DNA of 62,934 nucleotides, the filler included, from Octopus bimaculoides (taxonomy: Eukaryota), in NCBI RefSeq assembly GCF_001194135.2. It is 5 parts of 5 records of this genome, joined end to end, with 100 filler letters (N's around TTAATTAATTAA, not from the genome) between each part and the next. Parts side by side here need not be neighbours in the genome. Positions count along the whole stretch, not along the records: positions 49,431 to 56,924 come from NC_068985.1; positions 57,025 to 62,934 come from NC_068999.1; 3 more parts are not named here. One strand, written 5' to 3'. Made by a program: the position numbers and the translations under genes. This document shows, in pieces, positions 49,789 through 61,765 of the stretch (within the stretch, counting starts at the first letter, position 1; every line of letters starts with the position of its first letter). The notes beneath the pieces were generated by a model. The model was not told where the DNA came from. It worked only from the letters and a program-made list of their open reading frames with translations, and did no database searches.

Positions 49789-49956
49789 GCATGTGTTTTC
49801 CTTGCACAAAGTATGGGCAGATACACATGCAACCGGGCATAATTTTCTGCGCAGATTCAAGACTAGCTGATGGACAGACTCTTCACAAAGCTGCACAGAA
49901 AATTATGCCCAGTTGCATATACAACTGCCCATATTCCGTGCAGTAGAAACACGTGT
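49789..49956. mobile_element. small fold-back MITE, arms ~65 bp
   Basis: TATGGGCAG..GCAACCGGGCATAATTTTCTGCGCAG is inverted at 49890-49932. Confidence 0.7.
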
Positions 49957-50012
49957 AGGTCGTAGTAACCATGAAAATATGCTGTTTGAAATTGTAAAAA
50001 CAGGAAATAAAC

Positions 50013-50309
50013 TTTGTGAAGGGCATTTTATTGTTCTGAATCCAAGCTTGTTATCTGTAAAAAAAAAAAAATGGACGCCATACCATCATTTTATAAGATA
50101 TTCTGATATTTCAAAGAGTCATTCTAAAGTTATTCGGAGGGAGAGGAATGTCTTGTGCTGTTGTAAATTCAGTTGTTGTTTCTAGGTGTGTATAGTGCTC
50201 TCTACGACAAAGAAGTGATATGCAGATGAATGTAGATGCAGGAATGTATACAAGAGGAAGGAAAATAACCGTGCACAACAGTCAATGTATAGTGAGACGA
50301 TTTACTAGA
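50013..50309 (+). repeat. near-identical inverted duplicate of 53998-54294
   Basis: About 297 bp with 6 substitutions counted by eye. This copy runs into a gap. Confidence 0.9.
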
Positions 50310-51042
50310 NNNNNNNNNNNNNNNNNNNNNNNNNNNNNNNNNNNNNNNNNNNNNNNNNNNNNNNNNNNNNNNNNNNNNNNNNNNNNNNNNNNNNNNNNNN
50401 NNNNNNNNNNNNNNNNNNNNNNNNNNNNNNNNNNNNNNNNNNNNNNNNNNNNNNNNNNNNNNNNNNNNNNNNNNNNNNNNNNNNNNNNNNNNNNNNNNNN
50501 NNNNNNNNNNNNNNNNNNNNNNNNNNNNNNNNNNNNNNNNNNNNNNNNNNNNNNNNNNNNNNNNNNNNNNNNNNNNNNNNNNNNNNNNNNNNNNNNNNNN
50601 NNNNNNNNNNNNNNNNNNNNNNNNNNNNNNNNNNNNNNNNNNNNNNNNNNNNNNNNNNNNNNNNNNNNNNNNNNNNNNNNNNNNNNNNNNNNNNNNNNNN
50701 NNNNNNNNNNNNNNNNNNNNNNNNNNNNNNNNNNNNNNNNNNNNNNNNNNNNNNNNNNNNNNNNNNNNNNNNNNNNNNNNNNNNNNNNNNNNNNNNNNNN
50801 NNNNNNNNNNNNNNNNNNNNNNNNNNNNNNNNNNNNNNNNNNNNNNNNNNNNNNNNNNNNNNNNNNNNNNNNNNNNNNNNNNNNNNNNNNNNNNNNNNNN
50901 NNNNNNNNNNNNNNNNNNNNNNNNNNNNNNNNNNNNNNNNNNNNNNNNNNNNNNNNNNNNNNNNNNNNNNNNNNNNNNNNNNNNNNNNNNNNNNNNNNNN
51001 NNNNNNNNNNNNNNNNNNNNNNNNNNNNNNNNNNNNNNNNNN

Positions 51043-51080
<38 letters not shown>

Positions 51081-51354
51081 CATTTCATCAGTCAAGGAAC
51101 TAAAGTCCCTTAAGGGATGCGAGCATCCTAGTTCATCGGTTTATACAAGCGTTCAGAAAGAATCAAATATATTAGTTTATCACTGAAACCTATAAGTATT
51201 TAAATAAACCTTTTAAAATAAGAAAATGAAAGAAACAGAGGTTAGCCTAACCTCCATTAAATAACTTCCTTTTGAAATCTCCGTGAGGATATACTCAATT
51301 CACTGGTTTCAAATTTGGAATTAAAGGATTGTGTATGGAAACAGCTGTAGGTAG

Positions 51355-51751
51355 GAATTTCTGTACTTCTTCGGAATTCCCACTCCACACCCTATAACTT
51401 TTGAACCAGCAAGTTAGAAAAAAAAAATTTTCTGTTTCATATGCTTTCGATTTTGGAGATTACGATTTAGCAACAAAAAAAGGTTTTAATTTCAATTACA
51501 CCCTGCCCCTACACCCACCCAATTTATTTGCTTTCTTTACAGCTTCCAAATCCTGTTTCCTGATTGTGTGAAAATTATCAAACTTTAAGCCTCTGTAACT
51601 TGGGTGGTGGGTAATAGAAATTAAAAAAAATTATATTTTTGCTAAATCGTAATCTCCAATATCGAAAACATGAATCTGAAAAAAAAAAAAATTAAATTAC
51701 TGGTTCAAAACGTTATAGGGTGGGGGAATTCCAAAGAAGTACCAGAATTTC
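51355..51751. repeat. long inverted repeat, arms ~150 bp, in a non-autonomous DNA element-like segment
   Basis: CACCCTATAAC..TTTGAACCAG and TGGAGATTACGATTTAGCAA are inverted at 51602-51751. Confidence 0.8.
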
Positions 51752-51808
51752 TATGTATAAATCTGAAAAACATCTGTACGTAGATTTTTATCCATTTTCT
51801 TCATTTTC

Positions 51809-51846
<38 letters not shown>

Positions 51847-51916
51847 AATATAGATATATATATACATGTATATATATATGCACATATATACACACAGACA
51901 CATATACATACATACA

Positions 51917-51953
<37 letters not shown>

Positions 51954-52189
51954 GTATGTATGTGTGTAGGTGTGAATTTGTGTCATCATTAATTATTCAC
52001 CACTAATTGACAACCAGTGTTAATGTATTTAAAAAATGTAAAGGGGTCGATTCGTTCGCGTAAAATTCTTCAAGTCGTTGCGTCATCATGGCTGTAAGGT
52101 AGTGCCCTATCATGGCTGAAACAAGAAAAATAAGTTATTCTCAAACGAAATTCTTTAAGATCTCTTTAATGGCTTTCCTATTCCATCCT

Positions 52190-52400
52190 CAATCCTTCCC
52201 TTATAGTGGAAATTAATCATGCACAATTTTTGGAAATCATATTGTGAATTTTCCTATATGACTCTTTAACTTTGAAGGAGGTCTATACAGAGACGATGGT
52301 TTAGTAACCTCGTGTAATAAGAATGGTCATGATTTATATATATTTTGAAAATGCTTTATAGAGTTAGTTGATGACAGATTGAAAGCTTAATCTTTCAAGA
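52190..52400 (+). pseudogene. Penelope-like (Naiad/Chlamys-type) RT fragment
   Basis: FEGGLYRDDGL with YRDD at 52286-52297; in-frame stops upstream. Confidence 0.7.
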
Positions 52401-52909
52401 CTTAAAGGATCGTAACTACCAACATTGAAAAACGAATATTCTCCTTACTTTCTGAGGTTATTTTCAATTGTGACTTACTATAACGAGGCTTTCAGTCGTC
52501 TCCTACAGAAAATACATACGTGTACACATATCTCGAGAAACATTATGGTATTTAAGTCATCGGTTCGATAAATGTCTGTTTGCATATTGCTAGACATTTC
52601 TTAAACTTAATTTCTCCGCGAACCCGATTAATCGTACACATCGTAAGCGTTTTTCATAGAAATACTGTTAAAGTAATTTACTCTTTTAAGAACGTTGCAA
52701 GTTCTATCCTCTGTTTCATTATCAATGGTAATTTAATCACAAATTACGTAATACCTATTGCAATTTTGCAACTGAGACAATTTTTGAAATTGCACACTTT
52801 ACGGTAAAAACACTGTCCCCCAAAAATTCCATTGATAAAAATACGGTTCTTTAATCTCATAATGGTCTTTCCGAAAACTTTTAAAACAAAATATTACCAA
52901 CATGTACAT

Positions 52910-53040
52910 ACAGGTGCAGTGCAATAAGAAACTTGATTCCCGGTCACATGGTACCGAGTTCAGTCTCACTGCGTGGCACCTTAGGCAAGTGTCTTCTTGC
53001 TTTGTGAGTGGATTTGTAGACGGAAATTAAAAGTAACAAA

Positions 53041-53099
<59 letters not shown>

Positions 53100-53109
53100 N
53101 NNNNNNNNN

Positions 53110-53150
<41 letters not shown>

Positions 53151-53405
53151 TGTGTGTGTGTGTGGTAGTACGTGTGTTTGTTTGTGTGTATGTTTATTTT
53201 TTCCCCCACCACTGCTTGACAACCGGTTTTGGTGTGATTACGTCCCCCGTAACTTAGCGGTTCAGCAAAATAGAATGATAGAATAAGTACTAGGCTTGAA
53301 AAAAATAAGTAATGGAGTCGACTTTTCGACTAAAATCCCTCCCAGATGGTGCCCCACTATGGCTGCAGTCAAATGACTGAAACAAATAAAAGATAAAAGA
53401 TAAAG
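52910..53405 (+). mobile_element. SINE family A, full length
   Basis: Left arm, CA/TG microsatellite containing a small gap, right arm and AAAAGAT tail. Confidence 0.85.
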
Positions 53406-53997
53406 AATTCACTTAAAGCACTGCTCTAAGACAAAACGCAGCCTTTTGTCAATTCTTTTGTGTCTGTGAATGACACAAGTCTGCCACTATCAAACTTTAA
53501 CGACCATTCTGAGTATTCCCAATCCTTACAAACTTAGTGTATTTTATTCAAATTTGATCTGCTGAATTTACTTAAAAGAGAGAAATGGCAATTTTTGTGA
53601 GCATCCTGCGAAAATCTTGCTAAATAATTTTCTATCACCAAAGAAACCTGCTACGAGTTGTTTTCATACTACTGTGTTATTATCTGTATTTCTCTACTTA
53701 CGCATATACTTGCTTTTTGCAATGTATATTCTACCTCATATCTATTTTTCATGGGACACACTATTTTCATAGAAACACTCTGTTGTTAAATATATTTGCT
53801 ATGCAAAAAAATTTCATATTTAAATTTTTCATGGAACAAAAACCGTTATATTTTCTCAGCCATTAGCATAGCTTTGTTATTTTCCTTCGACCAATCAGTG
53901 TTTGCTACGTTAATCAAAACTTTTGTCTTTTATTTTTCACAATCATCTAAAGAAGAGCAGCAGAGAATCTTGAATAAATGTTTGTGTAAAGTCAGCT

Positions 53998-54294
53998 TCT
54001 AGTAAATCATCTCACTATACATTCACTTTTGTGCACGGTTATTTTCCTCCCTCTTGTATACATTCCTGCATCTACATTCATCTGCATATCACTTCTTTGT
54101 CGTAGAGAGCACTATACACACCTAGAAACAACAACTGAATTTACAACAGCACAAGATATTCCTCTCCCTCCGAATAACTTTAGAATGACTCTTTGAAATA
54201 TCAGAATATCTTATAAGATGATGGTATGGCGTCCATTTTTTTTTTTTTACAGATAACAAGCTTGGATTCAGAACAATAAAATGCCCTTCACAAA
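53998..54294 (-). repeat. near-identical inverted duplicate of 50013-50309
   Basis: See partner copy. Confidence 0.9.
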
Positions 54295-54709
54295 ATAAAG
54301 TACTCGAGCTATTCGAAACAAACCCTTTTAATTTAGTAAAAGGAGTAAATTAAAATATTCTAAAACTGCTTTGAAAACTCTCTTCAGCAAGAACCTAAAG
54401 TAATTGTGGAATTATATGTAAAAAAAATTCATATGTGATGGGAAAAAAACAAACAAAAATGATATTGATACATTATAATTACATAAGCCTTGTTGCTAAA
54501 GATATAACCATTCGTCTCAAAATAAACGATATAATTGAATACTTAATCTTACGTAAAGCCCCCTTTGCATTGAAATATCACAAAGAGAATTTTCATTAGT
54601 AATTCTAAATGCAGGCTAATTAAAGTTTCGAAAATCGAGTTAGGTATGGCAAGCAAGCAAGCACAGCCCAGATATCATAGTTAAAAAAAAAAGGGCAGTT
54701 CTCTTTTAT

Positions 54710-55085
54710 TATGGAACAATAGTGCTTCCGTAATAGAGTGGTTAAGTGGATTCAACGATAAACAACATCGCAAATTTACAGAATTCGTTATAATAGAATT
54801 TTAACTCTTCATAATGAAACTTCTTCTTCATAAACCCTCTGCTTTCGTTAATAAGTTCTTACCAAATAATGCATTCCATATCAGGTTTATTATGCATGCA
54901 AAGAAAGCTATTCTACTTTTTCATAACTCATTTGGAGGCGAGTTGTTTGATGTATCCATTGGTTCGTACGAAGAGGCGGAATTATGCGATATTATTGTCA
55001 TGTATGTTTTGAACCTCCTTCATAAAAGGTTCCTTGAACTGTGAGGACATTTATACAGAGATAATGGAATTATAGCTCCAGTAGA
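54710..55085 (+). pseudogene. Penelope-like (Naiad/Chlamys-type) RT fragment
   Basis: WNNSASVIEWL, FDVSIGSYEEAELCDII and HLYRDNG correspond to the FDVTMGSYDGAE and GLYRDDG motifs. Confidence 0.75.
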
Positions 55086-55346
55086 ATTGTTAAAGTATCG
55101 GAAACAATGTCTTGCAGTATTTATTGCAGTTCTTTACATTCTGAGTTCAAATCACGCTGAGACTTACTTTGTCTTTCATTCCTCCGGGATCGATAAAATA
55201 AAATAACACACAAGCTATGGGTTCGACGTAAGTGACTATCACCATCCTCTTAAAATTCCTGGCCGTGTGCCTAAATTAGAAACAACTATAATTTTGTGTA
55301 ATATATACTGCCATGATTTAGATATATTTTGAGAATCAATCCTTAA

Positions 55347-55567
55347 TCCTTTAGCTTTTAAACCGGCCATATCCGACCCATATAGTCTACCTGTTATATG
55401 CTCAAACCAGCAATGTCTGGCCTCTCACACCTGTCTAACAATTTAATTTTAAAAATAAATAATCACATAATTGATTTCTTAACGCTAGAAGGTAATGCGG
55501 GATTAATTTTAGAATAATGTGACGAAATAATCATTACATTTGACAGAGTAATCTGAACGCTAAAAGA
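55347..55567. mobile_element. piggyBac-type MITE (221 bp)
   Basis: TTAA at 55343-46 and 55568-71. Termini TCCTTTAGC and GCTAAAAGA are inverted with 1 mismatch. Confidence 0.7.
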
Positions 55568-56354
55568 TTAAAGAGCTGTTTAAGGAATTTGAATTAAGGC
55601 ATACGAATGATATAAATGTTAGTGTTTCTTTTTGCATGTTGATCTAAATATAGTTTCGAACAAATTCTGCCCTTTTCGAAGATGAAAAGAAAAATTGAGT
55701 TATATAAATAACAACTCGAAAAAAATTCTTACAATCGTAAGCTACTTAATACCTAATATTGATAAACATATTTTTCCATATCTTCGAAGGATGCTTCCCT
55801 CAGTAGGCCGTTTGTAAAAAAAAGTTTAACAGATAACATCCGCTGTTCGAATTTTATTTTTTTAAGTGGAAAAAATAAGCCAAGAAGCATTTCGTGGCTT
55901 AATCTGTCGGTTAGACTGAACGTCTCTTCCCAAATCATAAGTGAATTCTTAAAATAAATTTATTTTATTGTCCAATAAAACAAAATTTTCAATCGAAATA
56001 CAGTTAAAGTCAGTAAATATAGTTTTGACAACTTTATAAGTTTTATCATCCAATTCCGTGATAAAAAAACCACTCCACAAACAAAAAAAAAAGAAAAATA
56101 CAAAGAAATTAACTCACAGCTTTCTCTTCCATCTATAACTGCAACATTCCAAATGATTAAACCTTTAATAGTGAGTGCTTTTGTAAAATTTTCCCTGTTT
56201 TAACGCCCCAACATCATATATTTGAAGAACTGCAAATTCAAAGATATGATGCTACCAATACAGCCATAATTTTAAGAACCTTGAAAGGTATAACACAGCT
56301 TTACCTTAGTATATATGGTTCTTCAAGGACACTGGCAGCATAAAAAGATAAAAC

Positions 56355-56600
56355 TCCTTCTCGTGTCATATCGACTCATAAAGTCAGTTTCCCAATTTCT
56401 GTGGCGTACGTATTCCCACCCTCCTGGACAGTACACTGGTCCGTCACAGGAATACTCCTTTTTGCCAGCTGAGTGGAGCAACGTGATATGGAGTGGTTTG
56501 CACAAGAACACAACGCACCTCACGGCCCAGGAATTGAAACCACAATATTACAATCATGCGTCCAACACCGTAATGACTTAGCCACGCATTCCCACTCAAT
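56355..56600 (-). mobile_element. SINE family C
   Basis: Reverse complement is homologous to 33670-33915. Confidence 0.75.
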
Positions 56601-57024
56601 GGCAGTATCGCTATTGAAATATAATGAGCTACTCCCAGTCACGCTAGTCAAGCATATTCATTTAAATTTGTTTAAATGAAAAAAAAAAAAAAAATCGCAA
56701 CAATGGCTTAAGCAGATGCTTCATGCATTGTGAAAAATGTGTGCTTTGTAATTTTCCATCGCCATACAGAAAATTTACTATAAAAATTTTTGAGAAATTG
56801 TTACATCTTATTTCTGGCTTATTTTTGAGTTCATGATTCGTGAGTTGCAAGCCAGTTTACACTTGAGTACAAAGTATTTTCATATCTTTGTTTATTAAAA
56901 TATTATGCTAGTGCATAAGATATTNNNNNNNNNNNNNNNNNNNNNNNNNNNNNNNNNNNNNNNNNNNNTTAATTAATTAANNNNNNNNNNNNNNNNNNNN
57001 NNNNNNNNNNNNNNNNNNNNNNNN

Positions 57025-57325
57025 AATAAAGGGGATGATTCCTACTTTGCTCAGATACCAGGAAACCCCAAAATGGCAGAAATTCAAAAGATAGTGCTCA
57101 TGGGAACTGCCCATATCCGAGGTAAAATATACTGTCTATGTAATCTCAAATTTTAAAACGAACTTATAATTTTCTTATGTTTTCTTAAACATTCTCTAGA
57201 GCAATACTATGTGCAAACCAAATATATGACACCCTAGGCATGATACCATCTTGAACTTCTAACTTGTTGTCTCTTGAGGTCTCTGGGTGAGACTTGGAGT
57301 TAACTTGTACAACTACAAAACAAAA
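57025..57325 (+). mobile_element. 3' end of a second R4/Dong-like subfamily
   Basis: YFAQIPGNPKMAEIQKIVLMGTAHI parallels the C-terminus LQKAALLGTVHILREILSV of the 59.3-kb element. Confidence 0.7.
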
Positions 57326-57334
57326 GTCAATAGG

Positions 57335-57505
57335 GGATGCAATAAGTGTGGAGCTCCAGTATTGCTTGGAACCGCTCGAATATTCTGGATGGTGCTAGAA
57401 AAATAAGGGGTGTTACCTTAGTTCACTGGTAGTGAACAACTGACATCGTAGTCATCCCCAGCGTTAGAAGCTGTGCAAAGACAATGGATAATCTATTCTA
57501 ATAAT
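57335..57505 (+). mobile_element. 3' end of a third R4/Dong-like subfamily
   Basis: VLLGTARIFWMVLEK*, then a short UTR and TAATAATG. Confidence 0.6.
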
Positions 57506-57579
57506 GAGCTTGTTTGTAAGTTTGTCCAAAGTCGAAATGGTAATAACAATGAGAGAGGGAGTGATATCAAAAAGCGCCT

Positions 57580-58045
57580 CTCGCTCTCTCTCTCTTTTAA
57601 CTTTATTGATGAATGCTGCCTCTCTCTCTTTCTCTCACTCTCTCTCTCTCTCTCTCTCTACAGACGCGCACATACACACTCTCTTTCTGACACTCACTTT
57701 TTCACTCACTCTCACTTACTCTCTCCCTATTTCTCTCTCTCTTTTTCACTCACTCTCTCTCTATTTCTCTCCATCTCTTTTTCACTCACTCTCTCTCTAT
57801 TTCTCTCCATCTCTTTTTCACTCACTCTCTCTCTCTCTTTCTCTCAATCTCTCTCTCTCTACAGACGCGCACATACACACTCTGTCTCTCACTCACTTTT
57901 TCATTCACTCTCTCTCTCACTCACTTTTTCATTCACTCTCTCTTTCACTCTCTCTCTGTTTCTCTTTCTCTTTTTCATTCTCTCTCTATTTCTCTCCATC
58001 TCTTTTTCACTCACTCTCTCTCTCTCTATTTCTCTCACTCTCTCA
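57580..58045. repeat. CT-rich compound minisatellite
   Basis: CTACAGACGCGCACATACACACTC occurs twice, and TTTTCACTCACTCTCTCTCT(ATTTCTCTCCATCTC) occurs several times. Confidence 0.85.
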
Positions 58046-58689
58046 ACAATAACATTTGCATTTTTATTCGATTAACGCTGATTTTTTCTGGTAAACATTA
58101 ATAACAATATATAAGATAAGTAAATAAGATTTTTTCACCTCAAAATCATTTTTTCTGTATCTCTATGGATGTTTGGCTGTTCTGGAAGTTTTTTATGCTT
58201 AAAAAGTTACAAAGTTAATAGAATATAAGATAAGTAAATAAGTAATAACTTTTAAGTCATAGAATTAAAATATCGTCTATTGAAAGAAAGCTTGATAATA
58301 TTGTCCGTTTAAAGAAAGCTAAATATTAAAAGGAAGGTAATTATAAATATTTACAAATACCTACTGATACAGCGATGTTTGTAAATATTTATGAATGAAG
58401 GATTTTGCCAAGGCGGTGAAGTTTGTCTTCAAGATCTTTTTTCCGTTTCAGGCGGTAAAGAGAGTGACAGAGACAGACAGACAGACAGGCCGAGATAGAG
58501 AACGCGTAGACGTTGCTGGAAACAAATAAGTTCTCTGTGTGTATGTTGTTAATGTAATCCTGCGTGATTTTGGACTTTGTATGGTTACGTATACAAACAT
58601 AAACAAACTAACGTACACACACACACACTAATATACTCATTTGCTTTGAAGTTTGTGTTCCGTTGTATTAAATACACTCATCCACCTGT

Positions 58690-58900
58690 TATGGAGAATG
58701 AATCAGACAGAAGGCGACAGTTAGCCAGAGAGAGACAAAGATGAAGAACAGCCAGTCTCACTCAGGAAGAACTGAACGCAAGAAGATTAAACAATACATT
58801 AAAGTTATTAAATCAATCACAAGAAGTGAAACGAGCGCAAGACGCAAGACGCAAGAAGACAGGTTTGAAAACGTCAAAATGAAAAGGAGCACCTAATTGC
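58690..58900 (+). pseudogene. Arg/Glu-rich helical repeat remnant, possibly a Helitron N-terminus
   Basis: ENESDRRRQLARERQR*RTASLTQEELNARRL resembles the E(T/S)xxxRxxRL repeats. No Rep or helicase motif seen. Confidence 0.3.
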
Positions 58901-59311
58901 ACAAAGAAGAAATATCCAAAGAGAGAGAGAGNNNNNNNNNNNNNNNNNNNNNNNNNNNNNNNNNNNNNNNNNNNNNNNNNNNNNNNNNNNNNNNNNNNNN
59001 NNNNNNNNNNNNNNNNNNNNNNNNNNNNNNNNNNNNNNNNNNNNNNNNNNNNNNNNNNNNNNNNNNNNNNNNNNNNNNNNNNNNNNNNNNNNNNNNNNNN
59101 NNNNNNNNNNNNNNNNNNNNNNNNNNNNNNNNNNNNNNNGAGAGAGAACATCGAGAAGAAGAATGAAAGAATTAATTAATACTGAAACAGACCATCCAAA
59201 ACAAGGTGAACTCATTACTGGTAGGGTTTTCACAAGAAATGTGGTGTTGAAGCAATTACTGAGATAAAGGCTGTAATGTTTTTATTTTAATTTTAGCTTT
59301 CGTATCATTTT

Positions 59312-61403
59312 GCAGTTCGAGGAGAACAGGTTGTTCAAAAATAACCCGAAGCAATTCTTCCGAACGTTAGAAGGAGACAATAGGGAAAATGTTGCTCCTG
59401 ATGCAAATCAAGCCAAGGAGTTCTGAAGCGGATTATGGGAAAACAATGTGGTGCATAAAAGGGAAACAATGTGGATAGGAACTATCAAGACAGAATTACA
59501 AGGAGGAAAGAAACCAAGGAATATTGTCAGAAGAAAGGGTGACCGGGTGACATGAAAAAACAAGTGGGTACAGTGCCTAACTGGAAAGATGGGATTGATG
59601 GCTTTTGGCTGAAGAGATGCCACGCGGTGCATGAAAGACTAGCAGTTCAATTGAATGGGTGTGTCCAGAAAGGCACAGTCCCTGCGTGAATGGTGACTGG
59701 GAGGACAACACTTATAATGAAAGATAGAAGAAAGGGGAATATTGTGGGAAACTACCGTCCCATAGCATGCCTAAACATAATCTGGAAGATACTAATTGGA
59801 ATATGTGCGGCGAAGACATATATCTTCTTGGCACAAGAAGAAATACTACCAAGGGAACAAAAAAGATGTAGGAAGAGTTCTTAGGGTACCAAGGATCACC
59901 TGGTCATCGATAAAACAATAAAACAGTACTGAGGCATTGTAAAAAAATATCAAACAAACATGGTAGGACATCGGTAAGGATTTTTGAGATTACCGAATGC
60001 TCAGTACTTAATATGAGAAGAGGGAAGAAAGCAGCCTGCAGAGGATTGCGGTTACCATCAGAGGAGACCATGGGTGAACCCGACAGTAGTGGGTATATAT
60101 ACTTAGGGATTTTGGAGCTGGATGACATTCTACACAGAGAAAGGAAAGTCAAGGTCAGCGAGGTGTATCAAAAAAGGGTGAAAATAGTGTTGAAATCCAA
60201 CCTGAATGCCAAAAATTTGATTACCGCAATGAATATCTGGGCAGTTACAGTGGTCAGATATAGTGCGTCCATCCTCAAATGGACGAAAGAGGAAATATCA
60301 ACACTGGATAGAAGGACGAGAAAGTTGATGACGCTACATGGGGTGCTACACCCTAAAGCACACGTAAACAGACAGTATATGAAAAGAAACAATGGTGACA
60401 GAGGACTAATTAGTATAGACCATTGTATGAGGAGTGAAAGGAGAACACTTGCCGATTATTTGATAAATATTGATGAAGACCTGCTGCAATATGCAGCGAA
60501 AGATATGAGTGTAAATGCAGATGAAATGATGGGCAAGGAAGAGTTTAACCAAAGAGCTGAGGAGAAGAGAAAAGATCTTGAAATGAGAATGCATGGACAG
60601 TTTGAAAGGAATACACAGAACGTTAAGGATTATACAGCATCGTGGGCATGATTTGAGCGAGGTGATTTGAAGCGTACCACCGAAAATTTGATCATTGCTG
60701 CACATGACCAGGCTCTCGCTACCAAATCAGTGAAGTATAGCTTCTATATATCTTCTGACACCAGGAAATACAGACTCTGTGGAAACAGTGTGGAAAATGT
60801 GACCCACTTGGTAAGTGGATGTGAGAGCCTTGCTCAAAAAGAATATAGATGCCGCCACGATAAAATGTGCGTACATCTTCATTGGTTCCTATGCCGTAAA
60901 TACCAGTATGAAGTAACAGAGAACTGGTATGAGCATGTACCAAGTAAAGTTATGCAGGAGGATAGAAAGGTAACGATACTCTGGGACTATGATTTTCAGA
61001 AGGATCGTGTAATTAAACACCGTCGGCCGGATATTGTCATATTGAATGAGAGAGACAAATGCTGTCATATCATTGATGTAGCCATATCAAATGACATGAA
61101 TGCTGTGAGTAAAGAGGTTGAAAAAAATCCCCAAGTACTCCGAACTGAAAGTGGAAATGGCAAGACTGTATGGAATGCGAGAGAGTAATCTGAAAGTGAT
61201 ACCAGTGGTGATCAGAGCGATGGGGTCAATCCCATTGAAACTTCAAGAATGCTTAAGGCAAATGGAAATCCCATGCAAGACTGATGTCTTGCAAAAAGCA
61301 GCCTTATTGGGTACAGTGCACATCTTAAGGGAAATATTATCTGTTTGAGATCCTTGTGATTGGACAGATGATTAAAGACTCCAGTGCATTTTTACCTACA
61401 CTG

Positions 61404-61405
<2 letters not shown>
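59312..61405 (+). mobile_element. R4/Dong-clade non-LTR retrotransposon, 5'-truncated, internally deleted, 3' end intact
   Basis: Aligns to 11850-14152. Has RRPDIVIL..IIDVA (REL), a stop at 61348, a short 3' UTR, then (TAA)n. The QGD/FMDD region is missing. Confidence 0.92.
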
Positions 61406-61406
<1 letters not shown>

Positions 61407-61460
<54 letters not shown>

Positions 61461-61491
61461 TTAATAAAAATAATTTTAAAAAAAATAATAA

Positions 61492-61545
<54 letters not shown>
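61407..61545. repeat. (TAA)n and (TAG)n tracts
   Basis: Directly visible. Confidence 0.95.
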
Positions 61546-61547
<2 letters not shown>

Positions 61548-61765
61548 ATGGTTTCAAATTTTGGCACAAGGCCAAAAATTTGGTGGGTAGGGTTAAGTCG
61601 AATATATCGACGTCAGTGCTCTGCTGGTACTTATTTCTATCGACCTCGGAAAGATAAAAGGTATAATCGACCTCAGTAGAAAATGAATTGAGACCGTAAA
61701 GACAGATGAAATGCCGCTAAACACTTTGCCTGGCGTACTGACGTTTCTGCCAGCTCGCCACCTTA
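61548..61765 (-). mobile_element. SINE family B
   Basis: Reverse complement matches the other family B copies. Confidence 0.8.

Noticed and set aside
58451-58528. Exon after the strong acceptor TTTTTCCGTTTCAG
   Set aside because: The content is largely a GACA simple repeat with early stops.
832-59233. Long ORFs of 130-390 aa in the supplied track
   Set aside because: They are runs of X across N gaps, or translations of microsatellites (HT, CV, YI, LS, poly-I/N).
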